From the NCBI GenBank assembly GCA_030141605.1, contig JAQGDQ010001080.1, positions 1 through 64,000 on the forward strand: a stretch of DNA of 64,000 bases. The letters run 5' to 3'. Of this stretch, positions 1 through 13,096 are shown piece by piece; position 1 is the first letter of the stretch; every line of letters starts with the position of its first letter. Source of the stretch: Tubiluchus corallicola (taxonomy: Eukaryota > Animalia > Priapulida). The position numbers were made by a program, and so were the translations under genes. Below the pieces are notes generated by a model. The model saw nothing but the letters and a program-made list of their open reading frames with translations. It was not told the origin of the DNA and did no database searches.

Positions 1-1994
1 ATGAATATATGGTATAATTTCTTTCATCATGTATTAAGTTCCAGGGAACAGAACTGTCAGATATGGCTTCCATCAATTTTCTTGGAGCTGCTTCTACATG
101 AAATGTTTGCTGTCAATTCCATCTTTCTTTATGGCCTTCCAGAAATTGCAAAACATATCCAACAAAATCACCAGTCTCACCAAGTCTGTCATATTTGAGA
201 GTCAACTTATTTTTTATAACATTCCACATGATTCATAGATCTATTGAAGGAAAAAGACTAATTTTAATAGCCGTGTCCTAATTGTGATTTCCTAGACGTT
301 TCCAGCATTGCAGCGAGACACAGTAGGCAGAATAGGTTAAATGTTTCGGGATTTAACGTGACTTTTAGCCACATGAACTTCTTGAACTTCTACTGAACAT
401 CACCGACAATATCCTTAAATAAACAAATGGCCAATTTAAAAATTAAAATCTTTTCCAACATTAAAACATTTCAATTTTTGTCACTATAATACCTGTGCAG
501 GTGTGCTAATATTTGGACTGTTAGTAAGGCTGTTGTCAAATATTGTTTCCCTGGATATATAATATTATTTGAAGTAATAATTTAAAAAAAAACATTGCCA
601 GCCTATTATAGATTCTCTGTCGAGTATAATGACGCGTTGTCTTTGTTTCCAAGCTGGCAATTAAAACACCTAAAATTTGAGTAAAATTAGGAAATTAAAA
701 TTCTGATTTTGTAAAGTTTGCAATTTAAAACGAAAAAGCTCTTTTACTAGTAATTTGTTCATTTCGTTTGACATTGAATTAGACATTTTTTATCACATAC
801 AATTTATAGAGTAAAGACAATAATTAGAAGCAGAATACTTATGAAAAAATAAAAAAATGTGACAACAGAGCTTACAATAAAAATATAATAATATAAAACA
901 AATTTTTAAGAACATAAACAAGTAAAGAAAAAATTGAGAAAAGATAATTCGACTTTGCTCAAGAGCAAGATAATTCAAGAGCAAAATGGAGAGAAGAAAT
1001 TAATGAAAATGTTTAAGATAAGCAAGAATATAATACAATAAGAACAATATGTAAGCAAACATAAAAAATAAACAAACCAAACAAAAACAGCATGATTATA
1101 CAACAGTTACAATTTAAAAACTGCGTTTTTTATGTGAAAAGAAAAATACAGTGCAGTGCAACGCAAAACAATGTCAAAAGAAAATTATAATCGTATATTT
1201 TAATTTCGGTGGTATATATATATATATAACGACAGGGCTACAGCTCCAAAGACGGCACCATTTTCAGCATACATCAAATGAAAGGTCAGGACACACAATC
1301 GGGTCCATCGTGAGGAATGTGTGGCGAAAAACCTCCCAAAACAACCTTTTTTGAGCGTTTTTCCCCAAAAATTGCACATGTTATACCTCTTATTTCTATA
1401 GAATTGGAACGGTGTGTGTTATAGTCATATTTAGATTTCGTGGGAGGGCCACATCGTCCCGTGACAGGCGTTTTTCTGGACAGAGCCACGCAAATTTTGC
1501 AGAAAACTGCTCAAACAGCCTATAGGAAAACTTAATTTGTGCAACTGTTTGGGCACACTCGCATAAAGAGGACAAAACGGTCCATAAAATGTTGGAGGTT
1601 TTTTGAGAGAGATGTCTACCAGACGAAATGGGAAGGGTGTATTTCAAAGTTCTTTTCAACCCCTAAGCTGCATCCTATTTGGAACATCCATTGTCCTTAA
1701 GTTTGATAAATTTCGCAATTGTTCCAGGCATTGTCTTCACCGTCTTCTGTAGTAAGATTTTACATGTTAGTTCTATTAGCCTATTATCATGTGAAGTAAT
1801 AAATAAAAATTACGTTAAAATGTCTGTACATTATTAATCATTGATAGACAGATTAATAACATCTGTTATAGTACACTGTTCTGACTTTGTGCAAAATGTT
1901 TTGAATGGTTTCAATGTGATGTTGTGTCAATAGTGTTGGTGCTGGAGGTGTCGTTATCCTCATCATCATAGTCAACAACATCATCATCACCATA

Positions 1995-2235
1995 TAATGT
2001 GGTGTGGTGGGTGCAGTGTAGTTTGGTCTGGGTTGTGTGGTGTGTTATTGATGCTGTGGTGTTTGTGAATGTGGTGAGATGGGGGGTGTAGGTGGTGTGG
2101 TGTAGAGTGGAGGGGTGTGGGTGGTGTGTTATGGTGTGGTTGGTGTTGTGTTGTGGTATGGTGTGCGTCATGCATTTCGTATGGAGCGTTGGGTTGGTGT
2201 GGTGTGTTTTGGGTAGTGTGGTGTGGGTTGTTGTC
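1995..2235. repeat. GT/GTG-rich low-complexity tract (paralog 23710-23930)
   Basis: Irregular (GGTGT/GTG)n; the His/Thr-rich ORFs here are by-products. Confidence 0.85.
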
Positions 2236-2557
2236 ATGAGTTTATGTACAAAATTCGTTTGCAGGGTTTGGCTAGTGAATTAATGAAAAGAGAAATAATG
2301 ATGATAATTAATAAAACGTTACCTAATACTGAGAGCTGAGATAGTTACTATTTAGGTGGGAATAAGTATAGACTTATAGTTGTGGTTAATGGTGTAGGTA
2401 CCATTTTTGAGCTCTGCAGGCTCGCTGCTCCAAAGTAAAACAATTTGAGTCTACAGATTTTTCCTTTCCTAGTGTTCTACCTCTGTAGACAGTATGTCTG
2501 GTTAGAAACAAGACGTGTTTAACACTCGTGAAGATTGTTGAAACGCATCCAGGGTTC

Positions 2558-2701
2558 GCATACTCATGGTTTGCTAATTACCCCAATGGCCAAACTCGAG
2601 TAGTCAAATGTAACAATGTTCTTTCCGGTGAAGCAATAGTCACACTTGGAGTCCCCCAGAGATCTATTTTGGAACCTCTGTTGTTTTTAATATACATTTA
2701 A
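2558..2701 (+). pseudogene. LINE reverse transcriptase fragment (CR1/L2-like)
   Basis: Manual translation AYSWFANYPNGQTRVVKCNNVLSGEAIVTLGVPQRSILEPLLFLIYI* matches the decayed GVPQGSILGPLLFLIYIND motif. Confidence 0.85.
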
Positions 2702-3304
2702 TAACTTACAAAACTGTATTTCAAATTCAATTTTTTTGTCTCTCTCAATTGCTTACAAAGTATATGAAATTAAGGTCTGTAAATTCTATTAACAAAAATT
2801 GAGACAGGCAGGCAAAGGGCCAAGGGGTCATCAAGCAGCCACCCCTATACAAATATGTTATATTAGATACCATGGCTTCTTTAATTTAACAACATGAATA
2901 TGTTATGTCAATTATTTGTGTGTCTAAGGAGACAATAATTAATTTTTCTGCAAATAAGATTAAATCATTACAGATATTTTGAAGTTTATGGTGAGCAAAA
3001 TGAGCAAAATAAAGCAACAATATATAATTTTTAGAAATGCAGTTTCGTGAAATGCAGTGTCGATTAGCCACTCAATATAAAATAAATTAAATTAACTAGA
3101 AAAAAACAAAAATGAACAGAAACCATACGTTACAATAACCTATAGTTAGAACAAAAATATGAGCAAAACCAAAACAAAAGAAAAAAACAAATCAGAATGT
3201 CGATGAAACGAATCACAACTCGATGAAACAACAATTTTCTTATAGCCTTGCAAATTAACTCAATGAAACCAGCTAGTATTTGCATGCTTAGTATTGCTAC
3301 CATG

Positions 3305-3499
<195 letters not shown>

Positions 3500-3500
<1 letters not shown>

Positions 3501-4000
3501 AAAAATAATAAATGTGATAAGAATTTAATACCAGAATGAGCATGTCCTGTCAAGTCTGTTCTCACATTATGTATGAATGCATTACGAACATACAGATGCG
3601 GGTTAGTAGTAGTTCAGACATTGGAAAGCCGGTTTTGATTGAACATGAACATAAAAGTTTTAGCTTATTCACGTTCTTCAGTTTTGTGATTTTTAATTTA
3701 TAATAAATGGGTGTTTAACAGAAATCTTTGTTATTATTCGATATCAGTTTGATATGATAAATTTATTTTTATTATTAATCAAGAGATGCAAGGTGGATGT
3801 TTGTGCTGATCCATAGCTAAATATACTGTAGTACAAATAGGATGTGAATGTAATGAATAGCATTATCACATCTTAGCACCATGATTGAGCTTATGTCTGA
3901 TTTTAGTGAAGACTCAGTTATTTTTACTACTTTCATTAACAATATGTTGAATGTGTGATTTCAGTGAAACGTTTGAATCGATTGGGCCAGGTTGTGCCTT
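3500..4000 (-). pseudogene. Decayed LINE ORF2 C-terminal region
   Basis: Minus strand reads ...IDSNVSLKSHIQHIVNESSKNN*VFTKIRHKLN..., resembling the post-RT LGxxIDxxLSWKxHIxxIxxK...KIR region of L2/CR1-group LINEs; many stops. Confidence 0.55.
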
Positions 4001-4329
4001 AATTGATAACATTGTTAAATTTAATGCCGCGTTCTATATTTTATGGGAATTGTCATAATGTATTTTATTTTTGGCATAATTTACAGACATTGATTAGACC
4101 GCATCCAAATGTTAACTTTGTGCACAAATATATATTTTCGAAAGGCAATATCACTGGACATTCTGTTTCCAGAAAATTGTTTTTTCCAGAAACAGGAAAA
4201 AACACAGTTAGGGTTTCTGTAAAATGTGCCTGAGGTGAGCCAGTGACATTTACCAATTGGCAGGAACATTTGAAATTATTATTTCTAATTACATGTCTTT
4301 ACAGCAGGTAAGGGAAATGGTAAGTAATA

Positions 4330-4545
4330 CAGATTTGCATGGACGTTTTTTGGGACATTATTTTAACATCACCTTTTCTTCTGTTGACTAACGTTTGTGC
4401 AGGTGACGTCATGTCATGTCACCGTCGGAATAGTATTGCAGGAGATTTAAATTGAAAACAAACAAAAAATCCCTTCAGAACGATATATGCACAAAATTGG
4501 TGTAATCCAGTATAATTTTAGGAAGATTTTCTGAAACCTACTTAA
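4330..4545 (+). mobile_element. Dispersed DNA-transposon-like terminus (related to 45755-45971 direct and 44578-44700 inverted)
   Basis: Shared TTTTTGGGACAT...AGTATTGC(A/G)GGAGATTTAAA...TTTTCTGAAACCTAC core; this copy is followed by TTAA. Confidence 0.55.
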
Positions 4546-5214
4546 GGTCCCCCTTTTCTCGTCCTATTTAATTCCCTAACATAGTAGAAGAGAATCTATG
4601 TAAAATTTTGGGGTATGAAGAGAAGGGTTGGTTACGTTGGGAACAAATCTAAATACATAATAGTTGATTTTACTTCATCATTGATTGGGTTAGTTAACCA
4701 GACACTTATTATTTAAGCAGTTAGTCAATGAGTGAATAATTATTTGCTTGAGTGAGTAAAGAAATAAAAAGGAAACAAAAAAAGAGAACAAATAATTTGT
4801 ATAGTAAACAAAAGCTTACTGACAAGAGAACATTTAACAGCCTGAGAGAGTGATATGATATTATACGACTTTTTTATTGCAAACCACAGTTCAGTTTGCA
4901 AAATACAACATCACACATTTACAATAAAATTGCTAGAGATTAAAAAAGAAAAATTAATTGCTAAATCACAGTTTAACATGCACTAATAATGAATAAGTGT
5001 TTGACTGATTAAATGACTGGAAGACTAACTGACTTTAATACAGTTTCACCAATGGATATACTGGTTGATTGACTGAATGACCAACTAACTACTCAACTAG
5101 AATTGAATTTAACTAATTAGCGATCTAATTAATCAAATAAGTTACCAATCTACCAATCAAGGTCTCAATCAATCTATTAAATTAGCAACTTGACACAAAA
5201 AAATAAAAAAATTG

Positions 5215-5420
5215 AATACCCAAACCCACTGTCCCGCAAAATCTGCCATACCTGCAAACCCGCCATGCTGCCAAACATGCTAAATCTGCTATGCCTGCCA
5301 TACTGACAAACCTGCTATGCCCGCCATACTAAAAAATGTGCCATACCCGCCATAACCACCAAACCCGCAATGCATGCTGCCAAACATGCCACACTGGCCA
5401 AACCTGCGATAGCACCAAGC
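5215..5420. repeat. Degenerate ~10/19-bp repeat (AAACCTGCC/ATACCCGCC); paralog 24495-24700
   Basis: Repeated CCTGCCATAC/CCCGCCATAC/TGCCAAAC units. Confidence 0.75.
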
Positions 5421-8400
5421 TTTGTCAAAAAGCTAAAACTAAATGATTGTCTAACTATATATATATAGTATATAACTATACTATATATAATTATCTTTAT
5501 TTGCCATTAAAATACATTGATAGTCACTGATAAAAACTTTAAAGAGATGATCAATCAGTGTTAGTTAATAAAAATTTACACTAAAGGCAAATGCGTCAGT
5601 GCCATCTAAATTACTGTGCAGTAATGGAAAGTAACAACTATTTACAACTACACACACAAAATGAAAAAATTATGCCTTAATTAATTAATTCATGAGTTAA
5701 TTATGAGCTAATTAATTAATTAGTACAGCGACCAACTGACTAGCTTAGCTAACTAACTAATTAACAATCTTCACACAGTCACCTTTTTGGAACAGCCTCA
5801 AATAATTGTATGTTCCCTGCTTTGCTGGTTGTACCGGGTTTCGAAACAATGCCAATAGAGTACGCCACATACTGGCACACACAGACGCTGCAAAATGGCG
5901 GACGTTGAGAAAATTTGCCTGAAGCTCTTTTTAACTTTTTCAGTAAGTTTACAGTTTGATTTTTGTTTGTTTTTGTTGCTACTTGCTAGACATTGTCGTT
6001 CATTGCTAGACACCAAACAAAAATATTTCACAAAAACTTTAATTAGTTTGTAAAGGTTGTAGTTTTGTTAATAGAAAGTATGTTTCAACTTTTTTGGGTC
6101 AGTGTCTTACTATTTAATCCCTGCTTTCAGTGGTATTACTAATTTGGGCGATCTGAGAGTGCCTTAAAATTCCCTACACTGTAATCAGGCCTTACAATAT
6201 TATCGTTTCATGATAGATCACACCCATTCATGCAAAACAAAGTAAGTGATTTAAAAGGATTGCTCATAAGAATAACACTTACCATAAAACATATGCCGTA
6301 CAGGTATAAAGACAGAATTAGCTTGCTGATGCCTGACATAAACTTTGTAAAACTAATTCGTACTCCATATCATATTCCGGGTAAATTACGCTGATGACGT
6401 CACGAAGGAACTACTGTAGCTGCTTACAACTTGAGGAAGCTTTAAATTCAATAAACACACAGGCGCTTTTTCACTTTTACTGAAACAATGTTAATTTAAA
6501 ACTTGCTTTATGAAATTCCAACATTCCATTTTTAAATCACCTTGTTCCCACAATCTATTTATTATACAAAATGGAAGACTGGAGCGTGATCACTTCTGTG
6601 GTTAAGTGCGAAGATGAAATTGTTTCATACAGAAACCAAAATTTTCACTTTTCTATCAAAAACAACTGATTATTTTACACTGAAAATCAGTATTACACTT
6701 CACTAAAAGTGTTCTGTTTTTCCTGTTGCGCTGTTCACGCTTATAGCAAGACTGCAAAGCAAATGATTTGCTTCAGTTGTCTCGTCTTCACGCATCTGAA
6801 AGTTACGCCTATAAGCTGACGTGTTGGAGTTGTTCACCATGACAGCTTTTTAACTCCGCCTCAAATTCTTGAGCACTAGGAATATGGCGCCAATAATGTT
6901 TGTTTGAACATGTTTAATAGACGCAAAGTACTTTCACTTTTTAAGTGCAATCTATTTGCACAAGTTGACCATCTTACTACCAAATCTTTTCTTCCTTTTA
7001 AGAACCTAAATAAACTTCAATAAATTGTTATTGCAGGATAATAAGACCTGCTTAATCTTTGTTAGAGTTACGGTCAAAATAAAAGACCTGCATTGTGTGC
7101 TGAGCTTAGAGCATGTCAACTGAACTTGTGGCCTGTTCCATAGAATTTGTTAAAATTTGAAAGATGTAGAACTTCTTTAAACTTGCTCACACATCCCATT
7201 TTTTACTCAAACTGTAAAATACTTCGTATGTGTTTATTAATTGCAGATAATTTCGATTGAAATTGTAATACAATCAGCGGGCATTACAAAAACTAGAATG
7301 GATTTGCATGTTGTGAAAAGCTGCTCAGGTTTGTTCATTACACTCACATTTATGCGACTCTGGTATGTTCTTATGAACATAAATGGACATTAATTGGATT
7401 ATAATTGTCAATGATTCAAATCTGAGTACCTTTTTTACATTACGAAAAGCACTTCAAAGTTGGACATTACAACCCAGTCATAAATTAAAGCAAAAGTGTT
7501 TCTTTTGAAAATATATAAAATTTCATAGTTTTGGAAAATCACAAAATGCAATTTCAAGGAACTCCCCACTTTTTTATTCTTACCATGCAACCCAAAAGCT
7601 GTGATTTGAGACGTCATTAATTGTGTTTATGTAATAAACTCGTAATTATTTTAGAGATAAACTGTAGCGTACCTATCTCATCGAAACTATTTTTTAGATA
7701 AACATGTAGTAATATTAAAAAGTTTGCAAAATGTTTAAATCTTAAAACTGTAACATCTTTAGTTCAGCTGAAACTAGAAAATTGCTTTATGTAGTAAGGA
7801 AATTTAATGTTAGCATTTATTTTATTCCAGTATAACATGTTAATGTTCAGTCCAATTAATTAGTCTTGCTTTAAAATAAATTAAAATAAACCAAATTTAT
7901 GACCTCAGAAATCAGTAATTTGATCAGCACTAATGAAACTGCCTTTGCCTTATACATAGTTTCAAGGGCAGAATTAATCTAGTCAAAATATTTTTCATTT
8001 AATTAATTTTCTTTTGCTTTTTAAATCTTTGTCACATTGCTTATACCAGCACTTTTCATGATGATTTACAGCTTCAGCTAACTTAGATTAGCTGAGTGTA
8101 AGATTAGTTTTACTTAGTTGTTATTTATTTTATAACATAAAATGCCAAATACCAAACCATTAGAGAGGCGCTGTCTGTACAAAGGAGGGCTTCTTAATTA
8201 TAAATATTGTATAAAGTATTTGAGTTGATCACAAAACGCTAATCACACAGCCCTACAAAATACGATTTTAATCTTCAACAATTTTCTCCAGAATTCGCGT
8301 TAGAAACTCGTAATCCCGGCAAAATCCAGACCTCTTCAGACACGGTCTCTGCACAAAGAGCAGCTTATTGCATTTTGAAATTTTGAAGTATTTGTGATGA

Positions 8401-8600
8401 TGCGCCGCTCACACCTTGCAAACAAATAAAGATTTTGATCTTCAATAATTTTGTCTGGAATTTAATAATGACTTCACAAATAAAACAATTGCTTTTGAAA
8501 TTATTAAACTTTGTGGCAGATTTCACAAAATACCAAATTGCAGACATCTTCAGACGCACGCTCTCTGCACACAAAAGAGCAGCTTATTTATAATCATTTT

Positions 8601-9190
8601 GAAGTGTTTACCTCAGTGGCAGGTTACTCCCTGCACACAAAGAAAGATTTTAATCCCCCCAAATTTTGTCTGGAATTTAATAGCGATTGATAAGCTGACA
8701 TTAATAGCCTCGCTATTTGAAGTGTTTACCTGAGTGGCAGGTTACTCCCTCCACACAAAGAAGGATTTTAATCCCCAATAATTTTGTCTGGAATTTAATA
8801 GCGATTGATAAGCTGACAATAATAGCCTCGTTATTTGAAGTGTTTACCTGAGTGGCAGGTTACTCCTTCCACACAAAGAAGGATTTTAATCCCCAATAAT
8901 TTTGTCTGGAATTTAATAGCGATTGATAAGCTGACAATAATAGCCTCGTTATTTGAAGTGTTTACCTGAGTGGCAGGTTACTCCTTCCACACAAAGAAGG
9001 ATTTTAATCCCCAATAATTTTGTCTGGAATTTAATAGCGATTGATAAGCTGACAATAATAGCCTCGTTATTTGAAGTGTTTACCTGAGTGGCAGGTTACT
9101 CCCTGCACACAAAGAAAGATTTTAATCCCCAATAATTTTGTCTGGAATTTAATAGCGATTGATAAGCTGACAACAATAGCCTCGCTATTT
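8601..9190. repeat. 118-bp tandem repeat, 5 near-identical copies
   Basis: GAAGTGTTTACCT(G/C)AGTGGCAGG starts at 8601, 8719, 8837, 8955 and 9073. Diverged relatives lie at 8240-8600, 34720-35180 and 36390-36720. Confidence 0.95.
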
Positions 9191-12100
9191 GAAGGTTCAG
9201 CAAATTTCACAACAATCTTAGCTGCGTGAGAACTGCTGGGCAATGACCAACCTTGAATATGATATAATCCCTGAAATGAACACTGAAGCACAAAAGTAAA
9301 AACCTTTTAACATCTTTCAATGCTTTGAAGAAACTTTTTTGACTTCAGTGTTGATACTAGTTGCTTACCAAGTCTCAAGTTTAAGAAATTAGAATCACTT
9401 ATTACAATAATTGAAATCCTGAGAAGTATTGACCTAGGATGCATTTTTCGCTTCGATAAATTTTCATCATTCTGGATGCCATCAGGATGGCAGTTTAAGT
9501 CTAGCAATAAACTGTGCAATTTATTGATAACCTTCTTTGTATGTGCTTTAAAGTTACAGGGGTTTGACATTGAATTAAAATGTGCTGTCTGACGATAATA
9601 TTGTTCTCTCTATTAACACTTTCTCTAACTCGTTCTTTCATGCATTTTTTCAAGCTTTTACATGTTTATGCAAAAAATTTATATTCTTGCTGAACATTTT
9701 TTCCAAATCTTAGCACAAAGAATTGAAATTGCTCACCCGTGTTCTACAGTAAATAGAAATTTCTTGCGTTTCAAAGGGTTTTTGTGTGGAGAAAATGTTG
9801 CATACAAAAGTACAATAAAAGTTCAAAAACAAAATAAGATAAAAGAAAATGGAAGCCAGTTCTAGTTGTAATCCTGTTGACTCTTAATTTAAAGCAAATT
9901 TAAATTTATTAACAACAGTAAGCTTTTCAAGTCAGATATCTGACCCAAAGAAGCAACAAAAAAGTGTGCTAGTTCCGATCTCGTAAAGGATTTAACATAT
10001 TGTAGCTGTTGCATTGTTTATGATGTTTATACACAAGGAGAATAAATATTGTTACCTGTTAATATTCCTTGACATGCATGCTGACACTGGTAAAGAATAA
10101 CACCTTGCCAGGCATTTAAACGTGTTTGATGTGACTTTTTTGGAAGAAATAAATTTAATTAGTTTAAATATCCCTCATCATCACTCACAGAGTGTGTGGA
10201 TGGGCACTTTGCTACATTTTTCTTTTAATAGGTTTAGTTCAATACATCTTTCAGACACGTAAGATTCTTATGTAAATTAACCGCACTTGAATACCTGGCC
10301 AGGAAAAGACACCAGGGAAAAAGTTAAGAAATAATATTCAGAAACATAGGCCAGGTTGTCGAAGAATTCATCGCTTTATAACTGAGAAAGATTTCCAAAC
10401 TTTTTAGCTTTTCTTGTGAAAACCAACATCTTGCCAAACCTAATGTGAAACTGTTGATACCTCACCTAAGCTATCACTAAAATTTATATTATTGATAAAA
10501 TTTTTGTAAATATTTTGAAAATTACTCCAAATTCTGCCATTGATATAAACATGGAATAACAGTTTCCAGCAAGTTTGCAGTGAATAAAAATATTTTCCCG
10601 TATTTAGGGTTTTTGTGCAAGTCAACCACACCAAAAGTGCTTCCCAAGTGAAAAGAAATAAAAAGTGTAAGAAATCTTAGATCTTTGATGAGTACAAAAA
10701 AGGTTATCATGCATTGAAATCATTCAATTATTATGCCTTGGAAACAACATTCTGGCTTATCTTGTGCAAATCGTGCGAAATCAAATATCCAAATCTGATA
10801 TGAAAAAAAGATTTTTGGCTGACAAAAACAATCTATAAGAATTGTAAAATTCTTCAGCACATAAACTCCTGAGCATTTTACACTGTTTAAAAAGAATCTA
10901 CACATTTTGAAGTATAGAATATATTTTCCTGATTTTAAAATTCTTGATTAATTTAAGCAAACCTGAACCTAATTTATAAGCAACACCTTATAAAAGATGA
11001 CAGGCAAAGATTTGAGAAATAGAATAGCGCAAAGTTAGCCAATTTCATAGACTAAACGTGATTATTTTGATATTTTTATTATTAAGTATGTCATATTCAG
11101 AGGTCAAAAAGAAAAAATGCAATTTTTACATTCAAGTATACATAACTTTTAAGTCTATCTCACTTATAACCATTACACAGAACATTACAAATAATCTGTT
11201 TTGCAATCTAACCTGTTCTAACCACTGATAAAATAAGCTAGTACACTATAAGTTTTCAAAAAGCTGTAAATCTTGTTGCTTTTGTTGTTGTTATTGTTTC
11301 TTGTTAAACATTTTTTTTGGGTCAGAGAAAAATGGCATACTATGTGTTTATGGTTAGGGCTATAGTGAGGGGGTAGATTTTAGTAGTTTTTAACTTTGCT
11401 TTGGAAATTGTGCTTCAACACAGTTTTTTGCTGTACCACTATTTTGTTATCTCCACATTGACAGACAACTACGAGTTAGTTCGAGATTCCATTTCATACA
11501 TTTCTTACATAAGTTCAACCATTTCTTTATTATATGATGGTTATAATAATAGTAAGCAAACAATGAGAATTATGTTAAAAAACGTTAATCAGTAACTCAT
11601 TCAGGACAGCATGGGTTTGCTACATTCTGCATGTGTTGAGGAAATACTGCTCTCATTGAGCAATGATTATGTTATATTAGACAATTTTTAAGCTATCCGC
11701 AAACAACAAATTTTCATGCAAAATTATATATGAAATGCATTTGATAACCTTAATGAAATTAAAGATCGATTTTTGATAAAATCTATTAAAAACTATCAGG
11801 ATCTACAGTGTTTTCACTTTAACATAGTACAGTTTTAATTAAAAATGGCTAATGCAGAAATTTCAACTATCCGGACAGAAGACTCTGTTGACCTGTGGCC
11901 TCAAGTCTATTTTTGAAGAGAAATTCCTGTTAAAAGACGAAACAACCTTAATTTGTCGTTGAGTGTTGCTTTTTCCTTACTTTATTATTATTTACTTATT
12001 TGCATTACTTCTAAGATTGTGTATTAATTTTGATTTAAATTAATATTACTAAAATTTAATGTACCTACAATCGTTTTTCTCAACTAATTTGTGTACTAAT

Positions 12101-12334
12101 TTTTTCACTAAATTTATGCTGTTACTATTTTCTGAACTATATTTAATTCATGTTTATCGCACTGTAGCCGTATAGTCATTTTTGTTAATAGTCGGTGATT
12201 GCACAGTAAGCTTTTATTTTAGTGTTAACATTTTTATCAGATATTGTGCACAAAAAGCATTTAAAGAGATAATTTGCTGTGTAGCAGTTCTGATTCACAT
12301 AGCTATTTGTCTCATGTTGGATTTTCTATTGCAA

Positions 12335-12680
12335 CATATTGTAGCAGTTGCATTAGTTGCGATTTTGTACACTAGTTGGCTGACCGATGCTACCCGATGA
12401 TATTCTGTACTTGTAGCATCGGCCATTACTAGACATGCATGCTGCACTCCAGGGCTGTCAATCACTCTTACCCATGAGCTCTCATGTGCATCGTTGCTTC
12501 CATGCACGCATCACTACACTCACTGCTCCAGCATTAATGTGAGTGCACCTCGTATCTCCAACGCTGTACACAGACTTTATGTAAAATATTTTCACCATCC
12601 AGAGTATGTACACTACCCAATAATGAATGTCAAGAAGCAGCAGAAAAGGCTGAATAACGAAAATTTCTAACAACTGCTTT
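12335..12680. repeat. ~340-bp dispersed repeat family
   Basis: Copies at 12335-12680, 30530-30855, 39722-40075, 41835-42025 (partial) and 38125-38210 (inverted, partial); core TGCACGCATCACTACACTCA...AAAATATTTTCACCAT. Confidence 0.85.
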
Positions 12681-13096
12681 TGTATTTCCTAGAATGAAAA
12701 TTAATGCCAACAAAACCTGGTTCTAAAATAAATGTGTATTTTCTTGATACCCTAGCTAATAAAACTGGGGGTGGGGAGGTAGTAGTAAAACAATTACATT
12801 CACAACAATTGATTAACAACAGGCCAATATGAAGTCAAAAAAGCAATGCAAAAGCATGATTATTTATACAAAACAGCAGACAAAAATAATCCGAAGTTTT
12901 GGAATTTTAATGATAACAGGGTTGATGCCAGGTGATTGATATTAGAGAGACAATTTCTGTCTTCAGCAAACAAATCACTTTAGGGAATTAAACTTTCATG
13001 TGGTGCCATGATTGCCCATGTGATTTTCTGTCTTTCTCAAACAACTATTATTATTATGCAGCCTCGTCTACATTATAATGGCAAAAGAAACTGGTG

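Noticed and set aside
263-413. Possible P2X7-C-terminal/KolX-like similarity (PETFNLFCL; YSAY..W..LG)
   Set aside because: The motifs fall in different overlapping frames and are too weak to support without a profile search.
1240-1750. Conserved GC-richer block as a coding exon or alternative genetic code
   Set aside because: Stops of all three types occur and the paralog (22910-23470) has frame-breaking indels; more likely a non-coding transposon end.
1911-2283. His/Thr-rich proteins or telomeric repeats (also 13695-14212, 23701-23954, 51085-51602)
   Set aside because: Irregular GT-rich low complexity open in several frames; no fixed telomere unit.
8601-9190. CRISPR-like array
   Set aside because: Whole units repeat with no unique spacers; no cas genes; eukaryotic context.
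12295-12673. Cys-rich or selenoprotein-like ORFs in the 340-bp repeat
   Set aside because: Frames are not preserved among copies.
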